A stretch of DNA of 64,000 nucleotides. Origin: Candidatus Parcubacteria bacterium (GTDB lineage Bacteria; Patescibacteriota; Patescibacteriia; Patescibacteriales; UBA12075). The translations under genes and the position numbers were made by a program. The stretch is from the NCBI GenBank assembly GCA_963814275.1, contig CAWFCE010000001.1:195307-259306 (forward strand), in the 5' to 3' direction. The number at the start of each line of letters is the position of its first letter. Within the stretch, counting starts at the first letter, position 1. The notes beneath the pieces were generated by a model that was not told where the DNA came from, did not search any database, and saw only the letters and a program-made list of their open reading frames with translations. This document shows, piece after piece, positions 53,747 through 63,900 of the stretch.

Positions 53747-54719
53747 ATTCCAAAAAGGTTTTTTGTTTCGGCGGATCGGCACCGGTCTGCTGTCTTCCTA
53801 TAAGAACCAGAAAAAAATTTTAGAAACGCTTAATATTCCCTATTGCGAAAGCTGGAATGACAGCTGCGACATCCTGATGATAAATACACCCTGGCTGAAA
53901 TCGCTTTATCTGATCAATAAGGCCAAGCGGCAAGGTAAGAAAGTAATCATCTGGTCGCACGTAACCGCCGAGGACACGCGGGCGGTTTTTCGCTTCGGCG
54001 CTCTTCTGGCGCCGCTAATGAAAAAATACCTGGCTTATGCTTATTCTAAGGCCGATATCGTATTGTGTCCGAGCGAGTATACCAGGAATTTGCTTGCTGC
54101 CTACGGGCTTCCCCGGAAAAAATTGGCGGTACAATCCAATGGGGTCGACCTCGGAAAATTCTATCCCGACCAGGAACTAAAAGCGGCCTATCGGAAACGC
54201 TATGGCCTTGGCGGGATAGCGATCGGTACTGTCGGATTGGCCGTACCGAGAAAGGGGATAGATACTTTTTTGAAACTGGCAGGACAGTTTAAGGAAAGCC
54301 GGTTTATCTGGTATGGCAAGATATACAGTTCGTTGATGGTGAAATCCCTGCCCATGAATTTGCCGGACAATTGCCGCTTTACCGGCTATGTCGACGACAT
54401 CAACGCCGCGTTCAATTCACTCGATATTTTCGTTTTCCCTTCATATGAAGAGAATCAGGGTATGGCAATCCTGGAGGCGGCTGCTGCCGGTTTGCCGATC
54501 CTGGTCCGCGATATCCCGGTATATCAGGGCTGGCTGAAACACGATGTGAATTGCCTTAAAGCGAAAAATGACGATGAGTTCGCGGAATATCTGGGGCGTT
54601 TGATTAATGACGGCGGACTGAGGCTCCGCTTGTCCGAAGGGGCCCGCAGTTTGTCCCTGGCAGAGAGCAGCGATCGATTGGCGGATAACCTGAAAACTAT
54701 TCTTGAAGGGTTAGCATAG
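53715..54719 (+). CDS. glycosyltransferase family 4
   Basis: C-terminal FPSYEENQGMAILEAAAAGLPILVRD motif. Overlaps the upstream GT gene by 32 nt. Confidence 0.8.
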   Translation: MNVCLYLEFLKFQKGFLFRRIGTGLLSSYKNQKKILETLNIPYCESWNDSCDILMINTPWLKSLYLINKAKRQGKKVIIWSHVTAEDTRAVFRFGALLAPLMKKYLAYAYSKADIVLCPSEYTRNLLAAYGLPRKKLAVQSNGVDLGKFYPDQELKAAYRKRYGLGGIAIGTVGLAVPRKGIDTFLKLAGQFKESRFIWYGKIYSSLMVKSLPMNLPDNCRFTGYVDDINAAFNSLDIFVFPSYEENQGMAILEAAAAGLPILVRDIPVYQGWLKHDVNCLKAKNDDEFAEYLGRLINDGGLRLRLSEGARSLSLAESSDRLADNLKTILEGLA

Positions 54720-54810
54720 AGTTATTGATTTATTGCTTATTTGGAAAATCTTGTGGGTTAAATTCGATAGGTATATTCAATGTTATTCCCATATATTCTA
54801 AGCCCTAAAA

Positions 54811-55039
54811 GTTAATATTGCCATGAATTGAGAGCGGCTGAATATATAAAATTTCAAATTCCAAGCACCAAATTCCAAATAAATTCAAAATCACAAATCT
54901 AAAATACAAAACACTTTGTTAAAGCCGATATTCGTGTAATCAGGGTTTTGAATTTGAAATTTTGAATTTGGGATTTATTTGGAATTTGGTGCTTGGAATT
55001 TATTAACAATAGTGCTCTCATTTCATTCCAGTATTAACC
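54811..55039. repeat. long imperfect palindromic element, copy 2 (core inverted relative to copy 1)
   Basis: IRs ccaagcaccaaattccaaataaat (54861-54884) and atttatttggaatttggtgcttgg (54973-54996). The core 54885-54972 equals the reverse complement of 3912-3998 apart from a few mismatches and one indel. The right flank is the same as in copy 1. Confidence 0.9.
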
Positions 55040-55336
55040 CCTAAGGTTTAATATTGTAATAAAAGTGAAACGCTATAATATAATACATTTGGAAATTGCT
55101 TATTTGGTGTCTGGAAATTAGTTTTTACGCACTTCGAAACCAGCCAATTTCTAACTTCCACATAACCAGTTTCCCATTAAGATTTAGGGTATATTCCGGT
55201 GTTTCACTTTTATATCAATATCAACCCTTGAGTATTTAAGTCTTTATGAGATGGGGTAGTGAATAAGATTTGAAATTTTCCCCATAAGACTATCCGAGAA
55301 TCAATTTTTTATATATAGCATAAAAACCTTATACAC

Positions 55337-55996
55337 TTGAGTATGAAAGAAAAATCCATTTGGTCAAACAAAAGGTATATCATGTCTTTTCTGGAGGGAT
55401 TTTTTTTATTGGCCTTGAGTTTGGTGGCGAATAATTTTGCCGGCAAATTCGCGAACAAAGCCGCCAGCAATCCCGTCACTGATATCCTGCTCAACAATAT
55501 TCCGGTATTCAATGTCAGCCATATCTTCATCGAGGGTACGATAATTTTCCTTGTCCTGGTCGCGGTGTTGACCTTTGCCCATCCGCGGCGCATTCCGTTT
55601 ACCTTCAAAATGATGGCGCTTTTTATTTTGATCCGTTCGCTTTCCGTCAGCCTGACCCATATCGCGCCGCCCGTCGACCGAACCGTCATCAACACCAATG
55701 ATGTTTTTCAAAAGGTTTTTTTTGATAGTGAATTGTTTTTTTCCGGTCATACCGGGCTGCCGTTTCTGTTCGCCCTGGCGTACCAGCAAAATCGCTGGCT
55801 TATGTCATCTTTTTTGGCCGCTACCGTGATTGGCGCCATAAGCGTTATTTTGGGCCATTTGCATTATTCAATCGATATATTCGGCGCCTTTTTTATCACC
55901 TATGCGATATATCATATGGCAACTTCGTTTTTTAAAGACGATTATAACTTATTTTTGAAGACATTAAGCGGAAATAAGCCAAAAAATAGCGCTTGA
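55337..55996 (+). CDS. PAP2-related (sphingomyelin-synthase-like PAP2_C) membrane protein
   Basis: SGHTG and HYSIDI motifs in the C-terminal TM helices. Confidence 0.55.
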   Translation: MSMKEKSIWSNKRYIMSFLEGFFLLALSLVANNFAGKFANKAASNPVTDILLNNIPVFNVSHIFIEGTIIFLVLVAVLTFAHPRRIPFTFKMMALFILIRSLSVSLTHIAPPVDRTVINTNDVFQKVFFDSELFFSGHTGLPFLFALAYQQNRWLMSSFLAATVIGAISVILGHLHYSIDIFGAFFITYAIYHMATSFFKDDYNLFLKTLSGNKPKNSA

Positions 55997-56129
55997 CAAA
56001 TTAGCATTAATAAGTTAAAGTATAACCAGTTCACGAAAACGTGTCTGCTTTAGACGGTAGGGACGTTTTTGTTTTGGACGTATAAAAGTCGAACGTTTAA
56101 TTAAGGCACGCTAATAAAGAAGCAAAACT

Positions 56130-56399
56130 ATGATGCTATTCTTTATTGGTATTCTGGAGATGTTGATCGTCACCCTTTGGACAAAACTGGTCACCAAGAC
56201 CAAAGTTTTGGCTTCCGGTGCGGTCACAATGGTCAATGTGCTTATCTGGTATTATGTCCTGCAGCAAATGGTCGATGACATCAGCAACTGGCATCTGGCA
56301 GTGCTTTATGCCGTCGGCTGTTCGCTTGGCACCGTTATCAGCACCTATTTTTTCCGTTTGAGGGAAAACCAGGAGCTGGCCGGGGCTGTGGGTGAATAA
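56130..56399 (+). CDS. small membrane protein (UPF0316/DUF5698-like N-terminal module)
   Basis: 89 aa, three predicted TM helices. Confidence 0.4.
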   Translation: MMLFFIGILEMLIVTLWTKLVTKTKVLASGAVTMVNVLIWYYVLQQMVDDISNWHLAVLYAVGCSLGTVISTYFFRLRENQELAGAVGE

Positions 56400-56466
56400 T
56401 ATCGAAAGCGAAACATCCATGAACCAAGAAGACCCGTTTCCTTATAAACTATTATATCGGGAAACC

Positions 56467-56502
56467 TAAAAACCACCGGGGGTATACTCACGGTGGTTTT
56501 TT
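56467..56502 (+). terminator. intrinsic terminator
   Basis: aaaaaccaccg-(13 nt)-cggtggtttttt. Confidence 0.7.
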
Positions 56503-56839
56503 AGTATGTAAGTAGATTGAATTCTAATCGAAAATTATCTCGTCAATTATCTTTTACTTGTTATCATTGTTTTAACCGCGGATGTTACGCTGATTTCGAC
56601 GCGGATTTTTCGCCGATATTATTAATTATATGAATATTATAAATAAATCGTCTAAACGTTATATGATTGATATAATAATTCGCCAGAATGGTTGGTTTTT
56701 GGTATAATATATTAGCAGATATGCATTAAAATTATTTGATAGTTATATATCCGAGTAAAATCAGCGGATGAATTTATTTGCATGTCTTAATTATAGGGGA
56801 TTTTTATAGATATCAACGGGCAAATATTTATTTATAATT

Positions 56840-57937
56840 ATGAAAAACCATCATTTTTTGCGTTTATCAAGCATTTCCAAAATGACGCCGAAAGCTCCGC
56901 GCCGGGCCGGTGAATCGCCCGGGACCATCGCCTATCTGGGCAAAGTCAGGGAGCACAAAGTCAAGATCGAGCTGATTGATTACAATAAAGACGAACTAAC
57001 CGAAAAAAATCTTAAGGATATCGGCGAAGCTTTGGTTTACCGTGATAAGCCAAGCGTTACCTGGCTGAACATTACCGGCGTCCATGATACGAGAGTAATC
57101 GAAGCGGTCGGGGAGAAGTTCGAACTCCATCCCTTGATCCTCGAAGACATCACCAATACCACCCAGCGTCCTAAGATCGACGATTATGGCGATTACCTTT
57201 TTATCGTGGCCAAAATGTCCTATTACAGCCCGGACCAGAATAACATCATCGGCGAGCAGGTCAGCCTGATAGTCAGTCCCAATTTCGTGATCTCGTTCCA
57301 GGAGCAAAAGGAAGACATACTTGATCCGCTGCGCGAGCGGATACGCAGCGACAAGGGAAAGATCCGCAAAATGGGCACTGATTATCTGGCTTACGCCATC
57401 ATTGACGCGATCGTCGACCATTATTTCGTGATCCTGGAACAGGTAGGCGAGGAGATCGAGGAGATCGAGGAGAAGCTTATCGGCGATATCGAACAATCGA
57501 CCCTGAACCATATATACCGTCTGAAGCGCGAACTCATATATCTGCGCAAATCAATCTGGCCGATGCGCGAGGTGGTCGGCAATATGCTGCGCGGGGATTA
57601 TAAGCTGATCGCGAAGACTACCGGCGTATTTCTGCGCGATGTGTACGACCATACCATCCAGGTGGTGGAGACGATCGAGACATTCCGCGATATGGTTTCG
57701 GGCATGCTCGACCTTTACCTCTCGAATGTCAGCAACCGGATGAACGAAGTGATGAAGGTGTTGACCATTTTTGCCGCGATCTTCATTCCCCTGACATTCA
57801 TCGCCGGCGTTTATGGCATGAATTTCGAATATATGCCCGAACTCAAATGGCGCTTCGGCTATCCGGCTTTGTGGGTGGTCTTCATATCATTGTCGGTAGG
57901 CATGGTACTCTATTTCAAAAAAAAGAAATGGCTGTAG
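56840..57937 (+). CDS. corA: magnesium/cobalt transporter CorA
   Basis: YGMNFEYMPEL GMN motif and two C-terminal TM segments. Start uncertain (ATG at 56882 possible). Confidence 0.9.
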   Translation: MKNHHFLRLSSISKMTPKAPRRAGESPGTIAYLGKVREHKVKIELIDYNKDELTEKNLKDIGEALVYRDKPSVTWLNITGVHDTRVIEAVGEKFELHPLILEDITNTTQRPKIDDYGDYLFIVAKMSYYSPDQNNIIGEQVSLIVSPNFVISFQEQKEDILDPLRERIRSDKGKIRKMGTDYLAYAIIDAIVDHYFVILEQVGEEIEEIEEKLIGDIEQSTLNHIYRLKRELIYLRKSIWPMREVVGNMLRGDYKLIAKTTGVFLRDVYDHTIQVVETIETFRDMVSGMLDLYLSNVSNRMNEVMKVLTIFAAIFIPLTFIAGVYGMNFEYMPELKWRFGYPALWVVFISLSVGMVLYFKKKKWL

Positions 57938-58119
57938 TCACGAATCCATAAATCTAATCGCGCCTCTCTTCCTTGCCTGCCGGGCGGCAGGCAAAAGGCA
58001 TGAATAACACGAATTTTTAAATCATAATAGTGAAATCGCAATCCATAAAAAATAAACAATATTTGTCATAATTCCAAAAGTTGAAAACAAAATATTGTAT
58101 AAGGACTATAGATGATATG

Positions 58120-58143
58120 CCCCGTAATCCGGGGATTTTTTTT
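58120..58143 (+). terminator. small stem-loop plus T-run, about 180 nt downstream of corA
   Basis: ccccg-taatc-cgggg followed by a, then 8 T. Confidence 0.45.
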
Positions 58144-58346
58144 ATCATAAAAACTCATAAATAAATTTGCCAAAAATCAAATTTTATATTAATATCAAGA
58201 ATTCGGGGAATAAATATTGCCCCAGATATTGGATATTTGCCGTTATATTTAAATATATAATAAAAAAACGCTGTTTTTGTCTTATTTTAGCCGGAATTAT
58301 CGAATAATTCGGGATAGACGGGATGGAGGCAGCATTTTTGCTTTAT

Positions 58347-60260
58347 ATGAGAATAAAAATTGTATTATTAATATTACCCTTGATATTGCTGGCAGCCGGC
58401 TGCAGCAGCGGCGGCCAGCCGACAGAACAAGCGGTTCAGCCATCGATCAAAGTCGGCGCCCAGTCGGCCGGAGACAGCCGGGAAATCACTATCAAAAGCC
58501 AATATCCGGCGCTCGTAAACGCTGATTCCGAAGCCGACATACTGGCCAAATCAGCCGGTACGGTAAAAGAGGTCCGGATCTCTGCCGGAGACAGGGTTGA
58601 TCGCGGCCAGACATTGTTCACTATCGATGACACCGGTACTGTATCGTCAGCGGTTCCCGGAATAATAACCGCTACCCAGGTAAGGCAGGCTTCAATCGCC
58701 GTAGATCAAGCGGCCGCTTCGCTTAATCTGGCTGAACGCAATTATCAGGATTTGCTGTTGTCTTCACAGAAGGATTTGAACCAAGCCGTCATCGGCCGCG
58801 ACCAGGCCAATACCGGGCAGACGAATCTGGGAAATACCACCGTTGAGGCGCTGAAGAGCGCCGAGTTGGCGCTGGCCACGGCCCAGACCGCCGTGGAGCA
58901 GGCCAAAGCCAACCTGGATAACCGGAAAGCGATCTCCGACCAAGGACTGGCCGACACTGAGACCAATGCCGGTACAGTCGCCGATTCAGCCGTCAATACC
59001 GCCGAGTCGGCAATTGTTGCCATTAACAATATTGCCGATCTGGATGCGGATGCGCCGGTCAACCTGGCCTACAAGAATGATCTGGGAGCGCGCGATATCA
59101 ATGCCCTGCCGAACGCGATCGGCGCCTACGGAACCGCCAAGCAGGCAGTAGCGGATTACCGCGCGGGAAATTTTACCGTTGGCGCGAAGAAGATCCAGGC
59201 GGCAATAGTTGCCGTAAATGCAGCCAAAGCGCTCGCGGATGCGGCCAAATACGTGTTCGACAATTCCGTAACGTCCCTGAACCTGCCCTTGAACCCCGGA
59301 ATTACGGGGACAGTTTCCCTTTCCGGCCTGCAGGCGGCAGCCGCCGGATACCAAAGCCAGTTGGCCGGGGTGCTGAGCCAGGCCCAAGGGGCCCAGCAGG
59401 CGCTTACGAATACCGAGCTCGGCAATGATGCGAACCTGGAGGCTTTGACCAAGGCCTATGAGCTGGCGCTTGACCAGGAAAAACAGGCAGAACAGAATTT
59501 GAATAATATCAATGCCGGGAATAAATCCCAGCTGGACCAAGCCGCGTCAGGTTCGGCCTCGGCCGAAAACCAATACGAACAAACGAAAATTTTGGTTGAC
59601 GCACAGCTGGCTTCGGCCAAAAGCCAGGTTGATCTGGCGCGTTTAAGCTATCAGAACGCGCAAGTCGCCTTGCAGAACGCCTATGACAGCCATATCATAG
59701 TATCGCCGATAAACGGCACGGTGACCAGGAAATTCGTAAGTCCGGGCGATACCGTGTCATTCGGCCAATTGATCGCTATCGTAAGCGAACCGGCAACCGT
59801 TAAACTGACGATCTATGTCGACAAGGACACTTTGCCATATTTGGAGCTTGGCCAGAAAACCACGATCAGGGATAACGGACAGGCCAGCACTTCCGGCGCG
59901 ATCAGCGCCATTTCGCTTTCCGCCGACAATATGACAAAACGGTTCCCGGTAGAGATAAAGCCGGACGAAACCGGCGGGTTTGACTATTCGCTGGGAACGG
60001 TGATGTCGGTCGATCTGACGGTCGTGAAACACGCGCTCGGCCAGGATAACCTGCTGTTGCCCGTTTCCGCGGTCGAGATCGGCCAGAACGAGAACAGTAT
60101 TTTTACGGTCCGCGACGGCAAGGCCGTTAAACTGCCGGTGCAAGTCGTAAGGGTGGAAGGGGAAACCGCGGAAATCAAGGTCGACTTGCCGTCCGATGCT
60201 TTGATCATAATCAGAAACAACAAGATAATAGGGGACGGCGATCCGGTTTCCGTAGATTAA
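58347..60260 (+). CDS. RND efflux periplasmic adaptor (MFP/HlyD family) lipoprotein with very long coiled-coil hairpin
   Basis: Start set at MRIKIVLLILPLILLAAGC (lipobox). Lipoyl-like halves (AKSAGTVKEVRISAGDRVDRGQTLFTIDD and SPINGTVTRKFVSPGDTV) are separated by ~330 aa of Ala/Gln/Asn-rich coiled coil. Confidence 0.8.
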   Translation: MRIKIVLLILPLILLAAGCSSGGQPTEQAVQPSIKVGAQSAGDSREITIKSQYPALVNADSEADILAKSAGTVKEVRISAGDRVDRGQTLFTIDDTGTVSSAVPGIITATQVRQASIAVDQAAASLNLAERNYQDLLLSSQKDLNQAVIGRDQANTGQTNLGNTTVEALKSAELALATAQTAVEQAKANLDNRKAISDQGLADTETNAGTVADSAVNTAESAIVAINNIADLDADAPVNLAYKNDLGARDINALPNAIGAYGTAKQAVADYRAGNFTVGAKKIQAAIVAVNAAKALADAAKYVFDNSVTSLNLPLNPGITGTVSLSGLQAAAAGYQSQLAGVLSQAQGAQQALTNTELGNDANLEALTKAYELALDQEKQAEQNLNNINAGNKSQLDQAASGSASAENQYEQTKILVDAQLASAKSQVDLARLSYQNAQVALQNAYDSHIIVSPINGTVTRKFVSPGDTVSFGQLIAIVSEPATVKLTIYVDKDTLPYLELGQKTTIRDNGQASTSGAISAISLSADNMTKRFPVEIKPDETGGFDYSLGTVMSVDLTVVKHALGQDNLLLPVSAVEIGQNENSIFTVRDGKAVKLPVQVVRVEGETAEIKVDLPSDALIIIRNNKIIGDGDPVSVD

Positions 60261-60290
60261 AACAGGTTATATAAATTTTTGGGTTACTTC

Positions 60291-60390
60291 ACGCGAACGT
60301 GCAAATTAAGTTACAAATTTACGGATTGCAAATACGGATAAATTATTTGTAATTTGTAAATTTGTAGTAAGATTTGCGCATTCGCGCAAA
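60291..60390. repeat. tacaaat/acggat word hairpin between the MFP and RND genes
   Basis: acgcgaacgtgcaaattaagttacaaatttac ... gtaaatttgtagtaagatttgcgcattcgcg form imperfect inverted arms ending ~10 nt before the RND ATG. Confidence 0.65.
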
Positions 60391-60400
60391 TATATTTATC

Positions 60401-63400
60401 ATGGCAGAAACAAGCCAAAAGCAACAATCGCATAGATCTGCCGATACGCTGTATCTGGCTAAATTAACTTTCAATGAACGGCTAAGAAAGACTTGGCTGA
60501 ATTTTTTCGTGTCCCGCTTCCGGGTAGTCTTGCTTCTGATCATGGTAATTACGGGCTGGGGCCTGTATTCTTTTTTTCAGTTGCCGCGGGAATCCAATCC
60601 GGAAGTGAAGATTCCGATCGCTGTCGTTATCACGGCTTATCCGGGCGTGGGCCCGAGCGATATCGAAGAATTGGTGACCAAGAAGCTCGAAACCGGGATT
60701 GCCAGCCTGAAGAATATCAAGCAAGTTACTTCCTATTCATATAATTCGGTTTCCAGTATTACGGTGGAATTCGAAGCCAGCGCCAATCTGGACGATTCGA
60801 TCAGGAAGCTGAGGGATGAAGTAAACAGCCTGAAGAACGATCTGCCCGATGATGCCAGCGAACCGGTGGTGAACGAAATTTCTTTTGACGATACGCCGAT
60901 ATTGACGGTTGCCCTGACCGGGCCATTTGACGGATTCCAGTTGAGGCAGGCCGCCGACGACATCAAAGATGAGCTGGAAAAATTGCCCGATATCCGCGAA
61001 GTTGTGGTATCGGGAGGCGACGAGCGGGAATTCCGGATCTCTTATGATCCCAATAAGCTGACGTTTTATAATATCACGCCGGACCAGGCCAACGCCGCGG
61101 TCAAGGCGACCAACCTGGTCATTCCGGCCGGGAATTTCGACGGCCGGGAGTTCACCTATCCCGTCAGGGCCGATGCCCGGTTCTTCGATGCCGCCAAGCT
61201 GGCCGATATTCCTCTTATCCATACCGATAAGGGAGCGATCGTTTATTTGAAGGATGTGGCTGACGTTGCCGAAACGGCCATCAAACGCACGGTATATTCC
61301 CGTTTTTCGACCGAGGGGTCAATACCGCAAGCCGCCGCCACCCTGAGTGTGATCAAAAAGACCGGCGGCAATATCGTTAATACCGTCCAAAATGCATACG
61401 GCATCCTCGACGAGCAGATCAAGCTTCAGCCCGAAGGCGCCGGTTACGTGACAATCACCGATTTTGCCAAGGACATAAACGATGAGTTTACCCGCCTGAC
61501 CCATGATTTTATCCTAACCCTGCTTTTGGTATTCAGCATACTTTTCTTGGCTGTAGGCCTCAAAGAGGCGCTGGTGGCGGGACTGGCCGTGCCGATGGTG
61601 TTTTTCGTTACCTTCGGCGTGATGGACCTGTCCGGCATTACCCTTAATTTTCTTTCTATATTCTCCCTGATCTTGTCCTTGGGACTTTTGGTTGATGACG
61701 CGATCGTAGTTGTGTCCGCTACCAAACAATATATGGCTACCGGCAAATTCACGCCCGAAGAGGCGGTGCTATTGGTCTTGAACGATTTCAAGGTTGTCCT
61801 GACTACCACCACCCTGACCACGGTATGGGCTTTTCTGCCTCTGCTTTTGGCTACCGGAATCATCGGATCATTCATCAAGTCGATCCCGATAACCGTATCG
61901 GTAACTCTTATCAGCTCGCTGTTGATCGCGCTGATGGTCAATCATCCGCTGGCGGCGGTATTGGAGCGGGTGCGGTTTACGAAAAAAGTATTTTTTCCCC
62001 TGCTTCTCCTGATGTTCGGGGCGAGCTATTTTGCCCTAACCTTCAATAATATTTACGGATATTTGGCGGCTGGCGTATTCTTCTTCCTTATTTTATTCCT
62101 TATCAGGTGGTACTTGCGGAAAGGCCGGCCGTTATTGGCGGCTAACGCCCAGCTGGCGGCAAAGGAGAGGAAAGACGACAATTCGATCAAGGAAAAACTG
62201 CGCAAACAAAGCACGGACTCGACAGACCGGCTAGGCCGCTGGCTCCATGGCGTGGTCAGTCTGAACCGCATCTTGCCCCGTTATGACCGGTTTCTCTGCG
62301 GTATACTGATAAATAAGCGCCGGCGCCGTTTTATCATCGGTTTGACCTTCGGCTTGTTTCTCGCGGCTGTCTCTTTGCCGGCAATCGGCATTATTCCGAT
62401 CGAATTTTTTCCCGCGTCGGACGAAAATCTGATTTTCGTCAATCTGCGCGCTTCGACCGGCCTGAAATTGGACCGGACGGATCTGATCGTGAAACAAGTG
62501 GAGGAGAAGCTGCTCCGTTATCCGGAAATAAAGAATTTTTCCACCGTCGTCGGCCGGTCTTCCAGCGGCTCAGATATCGGTCCGACCAGCAGTTCGGGGA
62601 ACCTGGCTTCCCTCACTGTCAATCTGGTCGAGCCGGGAAAGCGCAACATAACTTCTTACGACTTGGCGGAAAAAATGCGCCTGGATTTCGCGGATATTCA
62701 GGACGCGGAAGTGACCGTAGAATCTTTGCAGGGCGGACCGCCTTCCGGCAGCGCCTTCGAGGCCCGTGTTGTCGGTGACGACCTTCAGGTGCTGGATCGG
62801 ATCGCCAACGAGCTGAAGCCGCTTTTGACCGCCATACCGGGCGTGGTCAATGCCGATATATCGCTCAAGGAGGCGCCGGCCGAATATACTTTCGAGCTGA
62901 TGCCCGATAAAATGGAGCTCTACAGCCTGAATGCCGCGTACGTCGGTTCGGTACTCCGGACCGCGATTGCCGGCACGGATGTGTCGACTGTGATCCTGGG
63001 CGGCAAAGAGATCAAGGTCAGGGCGGAATTCAAACCGGAGAGCATTCCCGATCTGGCCGCGATCCAGAATATACAGATATTGAATCTGGCCAAACAGCCG
63101 GTATTCATAAAAGACGTGGCCAAGGTCGAATTGGCGCCATCGGTCGAATCGATCACCCGGATCGACCAGAAACGGGCGGTCATTCTGTCCGCCGGGGTTA
63201 CCGGTGAAACGCGGGCCAACGTCGTATTGTCCGAATTCCAGAAGAAGTTAGCTTCCGAATATACCCTGCCTGCCGGTTACAGTATCGTTTACGGCGGAGA
63301 AAACGAACAGAACGTCGAGTCGGTCATATCGATCATCAAAGCGATGGTGTTGGCCGCGCTGTTGATCATTTCCACCCTGATAATCCAGTTCAATTCATTC

Positions 63401-63841
63401 AAAAAGGCCATGATCGTGCTGGTCGCCATCCCCTTGGCCCTGATCGGCGTCTTTTTCGGAATGGCAATTGCCCGCATCAATCTGAGCTTTCCCGGTTTGA
63501 TCGGCATTCTCGCCCTTTTCGGGATCGTGGTCAAAAATGCCATCATCCTGATCGACAAGATCAATCTGAACCTGAAATACAATATATCGTTCGAAAATGC
63601 GATCATCGATGCCGGCAAATCCCGTTTCGAAGCGATTATCATCACTTCGATCACTACTATCTTGGGTATTATCCCGATCACATTATCGAACGCTTTATGG
63701 CGCGCTTTGGGCGGGGCGATCATCTTTGGCTTGATGCTGTCGTCCTTTTTGACCTTGTTTATCGTGCCGATCTTGTATTATATGTTTTTCAAGAAGAGTG
63801 AAGGGACTGAGGACACGCAGCGTGTCGCACATAGCACGTAA
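60401..63841 (+). CDS. RND efflux transporter permease (AcrB/HAE1-like)
   Basis: About 1146 aa, 12 TM with two large extracytoplasmic loops and the internal duplication typical of RND pumps. Start moved to the ATG at 60401 (MAETSQ). Confidence 0.92.
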   Translation: MAETSQKQQSHRSADTLYLAKLTFNERLRKTWLNFFVSRFRVVLLLIMVITGWGLYSFFQLPRESNPEVKIPIAVVITAYPGVGPSDIEELVTKKLETGIASLKNIKQVTSYSYNSVSSITVEFEASANLDDSIRKLRDEVNSLKNDLPDDASEPVVNEISFDDTPILTVALTGPFDGFQLRQAADDIKDELEKLPDIREVVVSGGDEREFRISYDPNKLTFYNITPDQANAAVKATNLVIPAGNFDGREFTYPVRADARFFDAAKLADIPLIHTDKGAIVYLKDVADVAETAIKRTVYSRFSTEGSIPQAAATLSVIKKTGGNIVNTVQNAYGILDEQIKLQPEGAGYVTITDFAKDINDEFTRLTHDFILTLLLVFSILFLAVGLKEALVAGLAVPMVFFVTFGVMDLSGITLNFLSIFSLILSLGLLVDDAIVVVSATKQYMATGKFTPEEAVLLVLNDFKVVLTTTTLTTVWAFLPLLLATGIIGSFIKSIPITVSVTLISSLLIALMVNHPLAAVLERVRFTKKVFFPLLLLMFGASYFALTFNNIYGYLAAGVFFFLILFLIRWYLRKGRPLLAANAQLAAKERKDDNSIKEKLRKQSTDSTDRLGRWLHGVVSLNRILPRYDRFLCGILINKRRRRFIIGLTFGLFLAAVSLPAIGIIPIEFFPASDENLIFVNLRASTGLKLDRTDLIVKQVEEKLLRYPEIKNFSTVVGRSSSGSDIGPTSSSGNLASLTVNLVEPGKRNITSYDLAEKMRLDFADIQDAEVTVESLQGGPPSGSAFEARVVGDDLQVLDRIANELKPLLTAIPGVVNADISLKEAPAEYTFELMPDKMELYSLNAAYVGSVLRTAIAGTDVSTVILGGKEIKVRAEFKPESIPDLAAIQNIQILNLAKQPVFIKDVAKVELAPSVESITRIDQKRAVILSAGVTGETRANVVLSEFQKKLASEYTLPAGYSIVYGGENEQNVESVISIIKAMVLAALLIISTLIIQFNSFKKAMIVLVAIPLALIGVFFGMAIARINLSFPGLIGILALFGIVVKNAIILIDKINLNLKYNISFENAIIDAGKSRFEAIIITSITTILGIIPITLSNALWRALGGAIIFGLMLSSFLTLFIVPILYYMFFKKSEGTEDTQRVAHST

Positions 63842-63900
63842 CACATAGCACATAGCACGTAACACATAGCACGTAGCACATAGCACGTAGCACATAGCAT
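63826..63900. repeat. tandem cacatagcacgt(a/aa) repeat (about 5 copies)
   Basis: Direct reading. The last RND codons and the stop lie inside the first repeat unit. Confidence 0.85.

Noticed and set aside
56400-56840. M-box or other riboswitch in the long AT-rich leader of corA, and preQ1-like sequence near 56458.
   Set aside because: Only a terminator and word repeats were recognisable, with no match to the conserved cores I know. This cannot be excluded without a covariance-model scan.
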